This document shows positions 41,859-54,974 of a stretch of 64,000 bases of DNA, in pieces (position 1 is the first letter of the stretch; every line of letters starts with the position of its first letter). The DNA comes from Octopus vulgaris. Its lineage: Eukaryota. The stretch spans positions 61,504,001 through 61,568,000 of the forward strand of contig OX597819.1 of NCBI GenBank assembly GCA_951406725.2, written 5' to 3'. A program made the position numbers and the translations under genes. A model generated the notes under the pieces. It was not told the DNA's origin, ran no database searches, and saw nothing but the letters and a program-made list of their open reading frames with translations.

Positions 41859-41862
<4 letters not shown>
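41623..41862. repeat. 92-bp inverted repeat with 56-bp spacer
   Basis: 41623-41714 is the reverse complement of 41771-41862 with one mismatch seen. Confidence 0.9.
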
Positions 41863-41899
<37 letters not shown>

Positions 41900-41902
<3 letters not shown>

Positions 41903-42088
41903 AGAGTTTACGAAAAAAACAGAAGACGAAGGCAGGTGGTGTACAAAACAAACAAATGTACAAAACAAAACAAACAACGTTCAGGAATAGAAAAAAGTCT
42001 TTTGCGTTTCGAGCCTACGCTCTTCTACAGAAAGGGACACAGAAAAAAACAAGGAGAGAAAAAAATGTGTGTAGTGGCTAACGATCTA
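41900..42088 (-). mobile_element. Short element with hammerhead-like motif
   Basis: Minus strand: cttt-CTGTAGA-a gagc gtag gctc-GAAA-cgca-aaag at about 41998-42034. Confidence 0.55.
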
Positions 42089-42260
42089 TCATGGCGACTC
42101 AAGTTGTTATATAACTTGATTAAGCTCTATATCGCATACAGTTTCGTGGTCGCAGAGGAGACATCCATGGAAATTGAGTCGAGCTGTTATTAACAGTATA
42201 TGTAACTCCGACAAAACATATTGAGTGTTACTTTTTTCGTTTCTTCACTCCGTCATATGA

Positions 42261-42293
<33 letters not shown>

Positions 42294-43125
42294 TGTGTGT
42301 ATGTGTGAATTTGTGTGCGTGTATGTCTTTGTGTGTGAGAGAGAGAGAGTGTGTGTGTGTATGTGTTTGTGTGTGAGTGTGTCTGTATGAGAGTGTGTGT
42401 CTGTGTGAGAATGTGTGTGTGTGAGAGTGTGTATGTGTGAGTGTGTGTGTGTGTCTGTGTGAGAGAGTGTGTGTGTGAGTGTATGTTTGTGTGTGAATGT
42501 GTATATGTGTGTGAGTGTGACTGTGTGTGTGAGAGAATGTGTGTGTGTGTGTCTGTGTGATAAAGTGAGTGTGTGAGTGTGTGTGTGTCTGTGTGAGATA
42601 GAAAGAGAGAGAGAGAGAGAGAGAGAGTGTGTGTGTGTGTGTGTTCATCCATTCGTATTTTGTGTACCGTCAAAACACTAAACAAGTGAATGCATTTAAT
42701 TGCAAGTAGGTGTGTCTGGATAGTTACATATCACCGTTCTAATCAACAAAAGTACTTGCATAATTATGGAGTGTTTTTGCTAATTAGCTATTGTAATTCC
42801 ATCTGTCAACTTGTATATATTACGAAGAAGAATAGGTTCTGTTGTGTTAACTATTCAATAAGTTTATCTTCCCGTTTCATGCAGATCTTGTCTCAGATGT
42901 CAATTAGTAGTAATGATTCATCCGCTCCAGACGGAGATGATTTTGATAAATTAAGAATCTATGTTGTTTCATATTTGTTGTACTAGTATTAGTCTATGTT
43001 GTTTAAATAGATACCACTGGCCCCCCTGAGTCGTCTTAATTCATTTTTGTTTAATTTACATAAATTACATAGCCGTAAATGATCTCCATTCTGTTTTGTA
43101 TGTCGGAGATAAGGCCAGACATGTG

Positions 43126-43168
43126 CCTTCCTGATGACGCCTATTGAAGCAGAAACACATGTACAGGA
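43126..43168 (+). ncRNA. Hammerhead-like motif, degenerate
   Basis: ccttc-CTGATGA-c gcct attg aagc a-GAAA-cacatg-TA-cagga; stems are imperfect. Confidence 0.4.
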
Positions 43169-43799
43169 CTCATCTCTTATCCTCAGAAAATAACCCCATC
43201 CTTTTCCTTAATGGTGCGTCAGCTCTGGAGAATTCTTAATTATTGCGATTTGGTGATTGTCTCTAGAGGCAGAGATAATCTTAATGGATAAAAAATTTAT
43301 GCTATATGGTATTTGATATACCTGCATATTTTTGTGCTGTTCATATACTTGCCACATATACTTAGTTACTTCTCTCAGATCATTTTTGTTTATACATATG
43401 AAATGTTGACGACTTGTGAACCAAAACTACGAAGTCGCTACCTAACCGACCCGTTTAAAACAGTCATAAAAATATACTCTACTAAAAATGTATTCAGTAA
43501 TCCTTCAGCATAACGTTAAAATGCTTTTATACGTAACTTCACATAAAAAGAAATATCAATATACACATATACATGAGGCAGCAATAAAATAAGTACCAGT
43601 TGAGTACTGGGGTCGATGTAAACGATTTACCGCCATCCCCCAAAATGCTGGCCTTGTTTCAAAATTTAAAATTCATATTAGGTGTCATAGTAGATGGGAT
43701 AAACCGTTTAATATATATTCTAATACTTTTTGAGGAAGCTAGATTGAAGACTAATCACTAATTCACGAGGTAATTTGTTCACAACTCTCATATTGTTTC

Positions 43800-44243
43800 A
43801 GTTTTTAGTACAAGACCAGCAATTTCAAGGGAAGGCTAAGTTGATTATATCGACCCCAGTGCTCAACTGGTACATATTTTACCGACCCCCGAAAGAATAA
43901 AAAGCAAAGTCAGCCTCGGCAGAATTTGAACTCAGGACGTGCAGACGGACGAAATACCGTTCAGCGGTCTGCCTGGCGTGTTAACGGTTATGCCAGCTCA
44001 CTGCTTACATATTAATACATCCAGGTATCAAATTTCGGCACAAGGCCAGCAAATTAATGAGAGGGAGTAAGTTCATGGGAGGGAGTTCATCGACCTCAGT
44101 GTTCATCTAGTACTTATTTTATCGACAGTACCCCTCGCGAAAAGATGAAAAACAAAGCCAACCTCTGTTCAGAACGTACAGACGGATGAAATGCCGCTAA
44201 GCATTTCGCCCGGCGTGCAAACGTTTCTGCCAGCTCGCCGCCT
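43800..44243 (-). mobile_element. Two tandem SINE B copies
   Basis: 43800-44005 and 44030-44243, each ending in gccagctc(g/a)c on the plus strand. Confidence 0.75.
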
Positions 44244-45259
44244 TATTACTGAGCTCTCATAATAATACATAATGATACAATATAGTTAGTGAAATATTTT
44301 AATGTAAATAGTATTTTGCAAACTAGCGACACCAAATCTTTTTTTTTTTTTTAAGTTACACCAACTCTGATGATCCACTTTGTTCTTTGTACTTGCAATT
44401 TCTGTAGCTGTAGACAAAAGAGGAACAGAATTCCCCAAGTTTACTTTTTATACATAACAAAGGCGTTTTTATTTTGGAGAACTACTAATAGCTGAGCCAT
44501 AAGGATATCCATAACCAATGCACTTAATGTTGAACGACACAATTTATTTAGATGTAAATAGTTACGACAGTACTATATTATTCACTTACATATGTACCTT
44601 TAACAACGTAACACTGGTATTTCGTAGCCCAGTTTTTTGTTTCATAAAACATAGCCTGGAGTGGAGTAGGCTCTGCCAAGTTGATTGAATTTAGATACAT
44701 TGCTATTAAATTGAAACAGTGATATTCCTGCAACCAATACGTTATAAAACTCCTTAATTCACTCAATATATTAATCCTTTCTGCTAGAAACAGAAAGCTT
44801 GAAATTTTAGCTTGAAATTTTACATCGACTGCGGTACTCAATTGGTATTATATTTTATCAACTCCGAAAGGGTGAAAAGTATAGTCGACCCCGGCTGAAT
44901 TTGAGCTCAGAACATAAAGACGAACGAAATGCCGCTAAGCATTTTGTCCCGCGTGCCAACAATTCTGTTAACTCGCCGCCTCACTCAACAAATTACTAAT
45001 GTTCATGTGTTATAAGACTGGTTAAGCCTCGGGCATATTATTCATGTCTGTGGCCTAGTTTTGATTTCGTTTATTAGTCAGTTTACCTTAGTGTTTCTGT
45101 ATACGATTTCTTTTCCATAGCATGATCGTGAATAAGTTCTGATGGATTGACTTCCGTTTTCACCCACAACCCCTACATACAACGGAAGGATAAAATTTTC
45201 GATGGTGCTTCATTGGGTCAAGATATGTTACAGGAAACATTATTTTCAATTAATACGTA

Positions 45260-45790
45260 GGCCTAGCTGTACAGTTAAGAAACTCGCTAGGAAATTATGT
45301 TTTCGGGTTCAACCATACGGCACCCCCGATAAGTTTCTTCGACTATAACCTCATGACGATCAATAACTTGTGAATGAATTTGGTAGACGGAAACTGTTTG
45401 GAAGCTCGTCATAAATATAGATGTGTGTATGTGTGTGTTTACGTGTGTACGTTGTGTGAGTGTTATGTGTGTGTATGTGTGTGCATGTATGTTGTGTGTA
45501 TATGTGCGTGTGCGTGTGCGTGTGTGTGTGTGTGTGTGCGCGCGCGCGTGTGTGTGTGTGTGTTTGTGTGTGTCTTTGCGTTTGTGTTTGTCCTCCCGTC
45601 AATTGACAGCCGATGCTGGTTTGCTTACGTTCGCATAAGTTAGCGGTTCGGCACAGGGACCCATAGAATTAAAAATAAAACTTAAAAAGAACAGTACTGG
45701 TGTCGATTTGTTCGACTAAGAACTCTTCATAGCAGTGCTCCAGTATGGTCGCAGTCTCTTGACTGAAACAAGTTAGAGGTAAAAGATAAT
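45260..45790 (+). mobile_element. SINE A, degenerate with expanded (TG)n
   Basis: tttggtagacggaaactg...gtgctccagtatggtcgcagtctcttgactgaaacaag. Confidence 0.7.
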
Positions 45791-46424
45791 TTAAGGTAAA
45801 TTTTACGAACATGAAATAGTAGTCTGAATATTTTTTATTGGTGCCTTTGTTTCATAGACATATTGAACACACACACACACACACACACACACGCGCGCAC
45901 CCCAGAACCTTCATATATTTCCATTTGTTATATAAAAAGACACACGGTAGATATATCTACACAATCATACCATGCGGCCGTATGTATACGTTTATGTAAA
46001 CACACACACTATACAGTAGTTATGTGTGTCTGTATACAGATTGCTTTTCCTTTACTTGTATCATGTTGAACACACATCTGTCTAATTTGCTGGTTAATTT
46101 AATATTCAATTACTTGGTAAATCTAATTATCATTCTCATTTAGTCGACATCTTGAAATTGTAACTTGTAAATCTCCCGCTATAACAAATGTCAATGCGGT
46201 AGTATAACCATTGAATCTTAGTCTAAATCAATCACTGCATCTGGTCAGTTAAAGCTGTTGGTATCGTCCATTTACATTGTTTTCTTTATATTTTGACAGG
46301 AAAATAAAACGGCCAATATTTAATTGTAAGATAAATGAAAAAATGCAGAGAAATTAACGAACATAAATGTCAAAAATATGATGCAAATAAACAACTAAAT
46401 GTAACAGCATTTATCATTATTATA

Positions 46425-46888
46425 AATGCCTTGATGCAGTGCCAGGCAGTGGCTCTCATAGCTTCTGATCTTAACTGATTGGAAGTGTTATGTACACGTT
46501 TTGTCTTGGTATAAAAAATGGGTAAGTATTCTGCTCAATACCACATATAGCCAGTTGAGCATGTCCCTTCGACGTTGACGATATGTGTAGCTCTGATCAC
46601 GAGCAGGAATAGTGGGGGAGCATCATAGCCATGTGCTGGAAAGAATTCTTTGGGGTTTGAATAATTCACTTCTGAAAACAGGTGTTTTGTTCATCATCCT
46701 TAAACAAATATTATTCGGGAACTTTTTGAGCAGGATGGGCTACTCGAACGGAAGAAAATTCTAACTGGAGTCCAACTACAAATTTATGCGCTGTTTATCT
46801 TGATATGAGATCGCCATATTGCGCATTTATGGTTGTTATGCATGTGCCTGGTGTACTCTTATCGGACAATTAGTCATGATGGGCATCA
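46425..46888 (+). mobile_element. Unclassified ~500-bp non-coding repeat (family F)
   Basis: Reverse-complement homolog of 60946-61423, e.g. gctgtttatcttgatatgagatc and ttctttggggtttgaataattcac. Confidence 0.8.
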
Positions 46889-46930
<42 letters not shown>

Positions 46931-46991
46931 CCCAGTGTCGAAAGCGTGTATATATACATTTCGACCGAAATAATAATGTATATATATATAT

Positions 46992-47268
46992 ATCACCGTG
47001 ATCACCGTGACCGACCAGGCCATCAGATGTTACATATCGCTGGTCACAATGCGCTTCGCATTGTTTTAGCCTTCAAATGACGCCACCCCGCTGGCTAAGC
47101 GAGCAGGCCAACAGAAGAAAGAGTGAGAGAAAGTTGTGGCGAAAGAGTACAGCAGGGATCGCCACCACCCCCTGAGGTGGAGCTTTAGGATTCCCGGTCT
47201 GGGAATCGAAACCGTGACCCTACGACCGCGAGTCCGCTGCCCTAACAACTAGGCCATTGCGCCTCCAC
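46992..47268 (-). mobile_element. SINE D with intact tRNA-like head
   Basis: Minus strand: ggaggcgcaatggcctagttgttagggcagcggactcgcggtcgtagggtcacggtttcgattcccagacc...; 3' (tcacggtga)2 tail. Confidence 0.8.
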
Positions 47269-47320
<52 letters not shown>

Positions 47321-47370
47321 TATATATATTATATTATTATTATATTATATATATATATATATATATTATA

Positions 47371-47873
47371 TTAATATGCCAAGCATGTATGCCCTCCTCG
47401 TGCGGAGACGACTGCGCTGGCTCGGACACGTCTGCCGCATGCAGGACGGTCGCATGCCTAAAGACATCCTGTACAGCGAACTCACCACGGGATCCCGAAC
47501 CAAGGGACGTCCACAGCTACGATACAGGGACGTGTGCAAGCGCGACCTGAGGACTGCCAACATCTGTGTGGACACGTGGGAGGAAACAGCTGCTGACCGC
47601 TCTGCCTGGCGTCGGACGGTGAGGAAAGGCGTTTCCATGGCTGAGGAGAGGAGAGCACAGATGTGGTTGGACAGGCGGGACAGGAGGAGGACAACTGCAG
47701 CAACACCCCACACGTACCCATCGATGTTCGTGTGCAGCAACTGTACCAAGGACTGCCACTCTAGAATTGGCCTGTTCAGTCACAGCAGACGCTGCACATC
47801 ATCAAAGTAGGCCCCACCCTTGGCGCAACCCATTGTCTATCAAGACAGACGGGGATAAAGAATAAAGAATAAA

Positions 47874-47877
<4 letters not shown>
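47371..47877 (+). mobile_element. 5'-truncated RTE-clade LINE (ORF C-terminus + 3' UTR)
   Basis: Translates RRLRWLGHVCRMQDGRMPKDILYSEL...GRPQLRYRD...DRSAWR...CSNCTKDCHSRIGLFSHSRRC (RTE/BovB-like C-terminus with zinc knuckle). Stop at 47810, then an (ataaaga)3 tail; inserted in (TA)n. Confidence 0.92.
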
Positions 47878-47929
<52 letters not shown>

Positions 47930-48180
47930 TAATAAATAAAATAAAACATATGCATATATACATACATATATGTACGTACCTACCTCTACATGTATATATA
48001 CATGCATATATGGATACAGGACACCAAAAAAACGTCGAACACAATGAGAAACGAAAACATAAACACAAAACCAAGGAACTGGATATTTTTCTTAAACAAC
48101 GAAAAAATAGAGTACAGGACAAATAACACAAGGAAAATTCCCCTTCTTCAGTCGCCATGGTTTCATCTACCCTGCGTTTC

Positions 48181-48225
<45 letters not shown>

Positions 48226-48477
48226 ACAAGGGATTTCTACGCAGTTTCCGTCTAAAAAATTACTCACCAGACATTGGTTGGTCCGAAACTATAGTAGAAG
48301 ACACTCACACAAGCTGTCGCGCAACGGAACTCAACCCAAATTCACGTTGTAACAAATCCAACTTCTTAATCGTACAGCAAAGAAGGCTTTATAATCGATA
48401 TGTTGCGGATATGCTTCTTGATCAAAGCGTAATGAACACAAAATCAACTCTTGTAGAAATTTTACTCACAGAATGTT

Positions 48478-49020
48478 TATTCTTTTCTACTCTAGGCACA
48501 AGGCCTGAAATTTTGGAGAGGGGGGTCAGTCGGTTAGATCAACCCAGTACGCAACTGATACTTAATTTATCGACCCCGAAACGATGAAAGGCAAAGTCGA
48601 CCTCGGCGGAATTTGAACTCAGAACGTAGCGGCAGACGAAATACCGCTAAGCATTTCGCCCGGTGTGCTAACGTTTCTTATTTCTTTATTACCCACAAGG
48701 GGCCAAACACAGAGGGGACAATCAAGGACAGACAACGGGATTAAGTCGGCGGAATCTGAACTCAGAACATAAAGACAGACAAAATACCTATTTCTTTACT
48801 ACCTACAAGCGGCTAAACACACAGAGGACAAACAAGGACAGACAAACGGATTAAGTCGATTACATCGACCCCAGTGCGTAACTGGTATTTAATTTATCGA
48901 CCCCGAAAGGATGAGACGCAAAGTCGACCTCGGTAGAATTTGAACTCAGAACGTAACGGCAGACGAAATACGGCTACGCATTTCGCCCGGCGTGCCAACG
49001 TTTCTGTCAGCTCGCCGCCT
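48478..49020 (-). mobile_element. Composite trimeric SINE B
   Basis: Head at 49020, two tail-2 units, then a final tail-1 unit. Confidence 0.85.
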
Positions 49021-49161
49021 TCACGCAGAGAATGTATATAAAAAAAAAAACATTTAGTTCCCATCTGCAACAACTCATCCGTTTTGATATTTTCGGAAAT
49101 TAATTACGTTTGTCAATTCGTCTTGAAAGATTCCTGATGTGAAATCGTGTGTTGAAGCAGA

Positions 49162-49238
49162 TATTGTTGTATTTCGGGATGGTCATTTTATATATTTATT
49201 TTTTTGTTTTTTGCCAAATAAACAAATAAACACACGCA

Positions 49239-49320
<82 letters not shown>

Positions 49321-49604
49321 CTTCACTCGTTTATTACTGTTATTTTATTCAGCGATACTTTTCGTTTCCGTGTGTTCTTGCTCCACTTTTTCCATTCTCT
49401 GAAAACACACACGGAAACGAAAAGCGTCGCTGAAGAGGTCACAGATGTGTGACGAAAAATTTCCGGACAATGGACAGGCGTTAAAATAATAAAATATCAA
49501 TAATAAACGAATGAAGAAAAAAATAAAAAAATATATAGTGCGTGTGTTTATTTGGTAAAATATAAATAAATAAATAAAATGACCGTCCCGAAATAAAACA
49601 ATAA
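49162..49604. repeat. Large imperfect fold-back element containing a hammerhead motif
   Basis: Nested inverted segments 49162-49240/49537-49604, 49319-49336/49501-49518 and 49350-49375/49407-49432. Confidence 0.8.
49426..49468 (+). ncRNA. Minimal hammerhead ribozyme motif
   Basis: gtcg-CTGAAGA-g gtcaca gatg tgtgac-GAAA-aat-TTC-cggac. Canonical core, perfect 6-bp stem II, palindromic aaattt stem III, UUC site. Confidence 0.6.
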
Positions 49605-49684
49605 AATTAATTACATTTATCAGAAAAATACAAGGTAATAATGGCCGTCATATTGCTTTTATTTCTTTTCTTTATTTTTTTTTT

Positions 49685-50092
49685 TTACTCTTTTACTCCT
49701 TTACACGTTTCAGTCATTTGACAGCGGCCATCTGAAGCACCGCCTTTAGTCGAACAAATCAACCCCCAGGACTTATTCTTTGTAAGTTTAGTACTTATCC
49801 TATCGGTCTCTTTTGCCGAACGTCTAAGTTTCGGGGACATAAACATACCAGCGTCGGTTGTCAAGCGATGGCAAGGGGGCAAACACAGACACAAAGACAC
49901 ACACATAAATATATATACTCATATATATATACACGACAGGCTTCTTTCAGTTTCCGTCTACCAAATCCACTCACAAGGCTTTGGTGGGCCCGGGGCTATA
50001 ATAGAAGACACTTGCCCAAGGTACCACGCTGTGGGATTGAATCCGGAACCATGTGGATGGGAAGTAAGTTTCTTACCTCACAGCCACTCCTG
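49685..50092 (-). mobile_element. SINE A, full length
   Basis: Complete unit. Confidence 0.9.
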
Positions 50093-51114
50093 TACATATT
50101 TCATATATTAATCTTCAATCTTTTTTCTTTTTGCTTTTATCGTTTTTCTCTGACGTCTGAATAGACAATGAAGTTAAGCACAGATTCTTCAAACAAACAG
50201 ACATTTCTCTGTACAGAACAATGTGACAGTCACAGTTCATATAAGGTCATAATAATATGGAAAAATTTAAGGAAACAAAATAGTAAATAACACTCGTTTG
50301 TCATTACGGAAAACATCGGACGATAGAAATTCATAGAAAATAATTAGCGAACAATAATTTCATAAATATGCCATAAATTGTAATAAGTTTTGTGATTCAG
50401 TATTTTGCCAAATTAAGTAATTTTACCAACCTGAAACACCACTTAAATTATTATGCGGTCATCATAACTATTATTCATGAATAGCGGATTTATTGAAGTT
50501 AGTTACTAAAAATACGTGGAATTTAATGTGCTACAGATTCGAAGTAGTCAGTAGAATTTGAGAACTGATGTCTATTATATAACATGTCATATCCTACATC
50601 TAAGTTCATTCACTTGAGTAGGTTATTTGAATAGATGCGTCATACACAGGACTTGCATGATTTTCAAATATTAATTATATAAAGTTTCGTTGAGGTCATA
50701 TAAATCGTCCTGTAAGGTACCATTGAACATTGAATGTCTAAATATTACTTTCCCAATGGAACATTTGTTATATCTATTAAATATACTTGACCATGTGTAT
50801 TTTAGAATTTTATATGTTTATTACTATTTTACCTGTATGTTTCCTTCACAAGAAGTAAAAAAGCATGCAGCCTAACTGTGTTTCCAAGGACAAGGTATAA
50901 GTGCCAGATGACAGTACCCCACCGAAGCAAGTTAGACAGTAGCCACGTTTATATAGCCTTTTAGGAATAGCTTCATCTTAAAGTGTTTCTGTGACTATCC
51001 ACGCTGAGTGACTTCTTCCTTCTTATTCTCTAAAGGGAGATCGGATCCAAACCAAACTTTAACTAGATCTTCAGTCAAGTGATAGAAGCTAGTGCTCGTT
51101 GTACCAGCTTGCCT

Positions 51115-51570
51115 CTCATAGGCTGACCGCGTCAAGTATGAAGGTTACAGTAAATCTGCTGGGAATCGCTTCTCTATGTTTCTCAACCCAATATTTTATG
51201 TCAGTAATTCCCAAATCATGTGGGATGTTCGTATATAAGTTTGTTACATCAAAACTAACTAACAGTGAATGGGATTCCATTGTTTTGGGCAGATGTGACA
51301 GGAAATCGATGTCATCTTGAATGAGACTGGGTATGTGACTACATAGTGGTTTTAGGATAATGTCAAAGATATTGCTCAGATGATGTGTAGGACAGGCTGG
51401 ACCAGCTATAATGGATCTTATTGGGACCAGCTATAATGGGTCTTTTGGTTGTAGTAGTTTTGTGTATTCACAACCTTGTTCTTTTATAGCGTTCTGTATT
51501 TCTTGTCACTTGTGTATTTTAGGTAAGCCATAGAAGTTTCTGGATTTTGACTCAAAATTGGTGATATAGT
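51115..51570 (-). pseudogene. Penelope-like element reverse transcriptase fragment (disrupted)
   Basis: Minus-strand translation ESKSRNFYGLPKIHK...RPIIAGP...HLSNIFDIILKP...IQDDIDFLSHL...LLVSFDVTNLYTNIPHDLG contains hallmark PLE RT motifs. It has a stop and an internal ~25-bp duplication (51399-51444). Confidence 0.85.
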
Positions 51571-51992
51571 CCCCTTTAATAGAAAGCATGATGAAACTCA
51601 ATTATTTAGTCTCAATTATAACTTCCTCACTTTAAATGAAATTCCCTCCTAAATAACAATCTTGAGAAATTAGGCTTTTCAAAACCAGAAAGAAGAAAGC
51701 TAATTTGAACAGTACAAATCCAATCCAACATTGGAACTGTAGAAATTTGTAAAATTTTCTAGAAGTTTATTAATTAAATATATATATGAGCATGTCTAGA
51801 TATGCAACTATATGCATGAGAATACATATATAAAGCAAAACATACAAATCTGCACACATACCTACATACATACACACACACACATATACACATACATACA
51901 CACACGCAGACACACACACATACATACACATACACATATACATACATACACACACGCAGATACACACACACATACATACACACATACATACA

Positions 51993-52024
<32 letters not shown>

Positions 52025-52058
52025 CATACATATATACATACATACATACATACATACA

Positions 52059-52092
<34 letters not shown>

Positions 52093-52371
52093 CATACATA
52101 CATGCATACATACATACATACATACATACATACATACATACATACATACATACATACATACATACATACATACAAAAGTACCCTGTTGTTGATGCTGAAA
52201 TTCTAATGAAGGAGCCTTGGATCTAGGTTAGAAACCAACTTTTTCTCCATTGGCAAGAAATCGTGAAATAAAACTAAATAATGGCATACATACATACATA
52301 ATACATACATACATAATACATACATACACACTTATACACATATACACATACTCAAACGAATAGCCTCATGT

Positions 52372-52560
52372 GAATCGTTGGCGATTTTTCCCCTCCGTCT
52401 TCCTTTTCTATTGGACTTTCCTCTGCGGCTGAAGAAGAGCTTTGCTCGAAACGTTGAACCACCTTTCTTTCCTTCCCTGAGCGTCTACTAATACTTTACA
52501 TGTACCACGTTCTCGCGTTGCTGTTTTTTTGTGTTTGTTCTTTTTTGTTTGGATTTACTA
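52372..52560 (+). mobile_element. Short element with hammerhead-like motif
   Basis: CTGAAGA(52429)-a gagc ttt gctc-GAAA(52448)-cgtt with palindromic aacgtt; ends in (TA)n. Confidence 0.6.
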
Positions 52561-52666
52561 TATATATGTGTATGTATGTCTGTATGTATGTATGTATGTA
52601 TGTATGTATGTATATATATATATATACTTACATATGTACTTGTGTATGTATTTATGCAAACACACA

Positions 52667-52790
52667 GAAGAAGAAGAAGAAGAAGAAGAAGAAGAAGAAG
52701 AAGAAGAAGAAGAAGAAGAAGAAGAAGAAGAAGAAGAAGAAGAAGAAGAAGAAGAAGAAGAAGAAGAAGAAGAAGAAGAAGAAGAAGAAG
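52667..52790. repeat. (GAA)n microsatellite
   Basis: Directly visible, about 41 units. Confidence 0.95.
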
Positions 52791-53196
52791 CGCTTGAGAA
52801 AGTAAGGCAAGTTTAAATAAATAAATAAGCAAACAAACAAACACAACAAGCACACTTGAAATGAATACTAAACGCGACAATAACGATAGCAGATGGCAGA
52901 ACATCTCAGCAGCAACGGTAGCAACAACCTCAAGAAGCTGTTTCTTGATTATAAGATAAAGATAAACTAACTAATATACCCTTTACCACCTGCTTATTCA
53001 TTAGTTCTAATTAGAGATCTCAAGTGTCATGAAATTTGAATAAAAAATGCTTAACATATTAATCTCAATTAACTCGGGTAAAACTCTAACACAGACACTC
53101 AGATTGCTAGATACAGCAGCCGAATCTTCCTCAAATCAGACTATATTACTTTAGAAAAGGATATATTGAATGATGTAGTAATATGGGTGCTGAATA

Positions 53197-53350
53197 AGCG
53201 GTGAGTTGGTAGAATTGTTACTACACCGGACGAAATGCGTATCGGTATTTCGTCCGTCTTCAGTTACTGTATTCAAAATTCTACCGAAGTCGTTTTCCCT
53301 TTCATCCAGTTGAGTACTGGGGTCAATGTAATCGACTACCCACTTCACCA
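53197..53350 (+). mobile_element. SINE B body preceding the minisatellite
   Basis: gcggtgagttggtagaattgtta...gtatttcgtccgtc...gagtactggggtcaatgtaatcgact. Confidence 0.75.
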
Positions 53351-53990
53351 ATATTGCTAGCCTTGTGCCGAAATTGCTAGCCTTGTGCCGAAATTGCTAG
53401 CCTTGTGCCAAAATTGCTAGCCTTGTGACAAAATTGCTAGCCTTGTACTTAAATTGCAAGTCTTGTGCCGAAATTGCTAACCTTGTACTTAAATTGCAAG
53501 TCTTGTGCCGAAATTGCTAGCCTGGTGCCGAAATTGCTAGTCTTGTACTAACATTGCTAGCCTTATGCCAAAATTGCTAGCCTTGTGCTTAAATTGCTAG
53601 TTTTGTTCTGAAATTGCTAGCCTTGTGCCAAAATTGCTAGCCTTGTGACAAAATTGCTAGCCTTGTGCCAAAATTGCTAGCTTTGTGCATAAATTGCTAG
53701 CTTTGTGCATAAATTGCTAGCTTTGTGCCGAAATTGCTACCCTTGTGCTTAAATTGCCAGTCCTGTGCCGAAATTGTTAGCCTTGTGCCAAAATTGCTAG
53801 CCTTATGCTTAAATTGCTAGCTTTGTGCCGAAATTGCTAGCCTTATGCCAAAATTGCTATCTTTGTGCTGAAATTGCTAGCTTTGTGCCGAAATTGCTAG
53901 CCTTGTGCCGAAATTGCTAGCCTTGTACTTAAATTGCTAATTTTGTGCTTAAATTGCTAGCCTTCTGCCCAAATTGCTAGCCTTCTGCCG
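53351..53990 (+). repeat. Minisatellite, 32 x 20 bp (aaattgctagccttgtgccg)
   Basis: Phase-perfect 20-bp period over 640 bp; the unit equals a SINE B 3' tail segment. Confidence 0.95.
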
Positions 53991-54707
53991 AAATTTGAAA
54001 TGAATGTATTCAGTATCTAGTCAGGAAAAATGATGAAATAGCCCCGGCTGAAAGGTTTTTGATCCTAAATTTGCTTAGCTCTTTGCTTGCCACTGCGTTT
54101 TCTTAAGTTTGTCCTAAACAGCCGTGTTTGTTTTCAAATTTTTATCCCTTGCTTCATTCCTTCTGAGTAACATAAAATTTTCTTCTCATAAGTCTCAAGT
54201 TACACAGGTGGATGAAAAAAATTGTGTGTATCATATATGATAACTGGACGCCATGGAAATATATCCTGTGTATCACATGTGATAGCTAAGACAGGCCAAG
54301 GGTTAAAATCAAAGTTGAGCGTGAGATAAACAAGAACGGTAACTCTCTTTTCTAAAATTCCTTTTCTCCAAACTCTTCATGAATTTTGCTCGTGAAGGTT
54401 ACGTGTAAAACATGAATGTCAAAGAGTCAATGAGAATACTTTCAGAGTCTAGTCGGTCTGTTAGATATCGCAGAGAGATTTCCCTTAGATCAGACCCTAA
54501 CATTTTTATAAAGGGAATGGATGTGGAGCTGGGTCAGCTGTAAATAAGAAAACGATGGAAACATGACCAGGGTTTCTTTGGTGTCGTTAGTCAATGCTGA
54601 TCTAAAGCTAAACAATATCAAAATGTCATCAAATTTCATTTAATCTCTTATATCCTAGATACGTTCAAGCATATACGTGTGTGTATGAATGTATGCATGT
54701 ATGCATG

Positions 54708-54749
<42 letters not shown>

Positions 54750-54776
54750 GACAGACAGATAGGTAGATAGATAGAC

Positions 54777-54834
<58 letters not shown>

Positions 54835-54862
54835 AGTTAGAGATATAAATGTATAAAAATAT

Positions 54863-54913
<51 letters not shown>

Positions 54914-54943
54914 CATGAAGATATATATATATATATCTTCATG

Positions 54944-54974
<31 letters not shown>

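Noticed and set aside
46425-46490. Faint reverse-strand resemblance to U2 snRNA segments
   Set aside because: Only two short imperfect matches, with no branch-point recognition sequence or Sm site.
47190-47268. tRNA-like sequences (also 13560-13630, 26713-26780, 57452-57512)
   Set aside because: They continue into shared SINE bodies and lack a proper acceptor stem, so they are SINE heads rather than tRNA genes.
53351-53990. Regular 20-bp array resembling a CRISPR
   Set aside because: There are no unique spacers and no cas genes, the context is eukaryotic, and the unit derives from a SINE tail.
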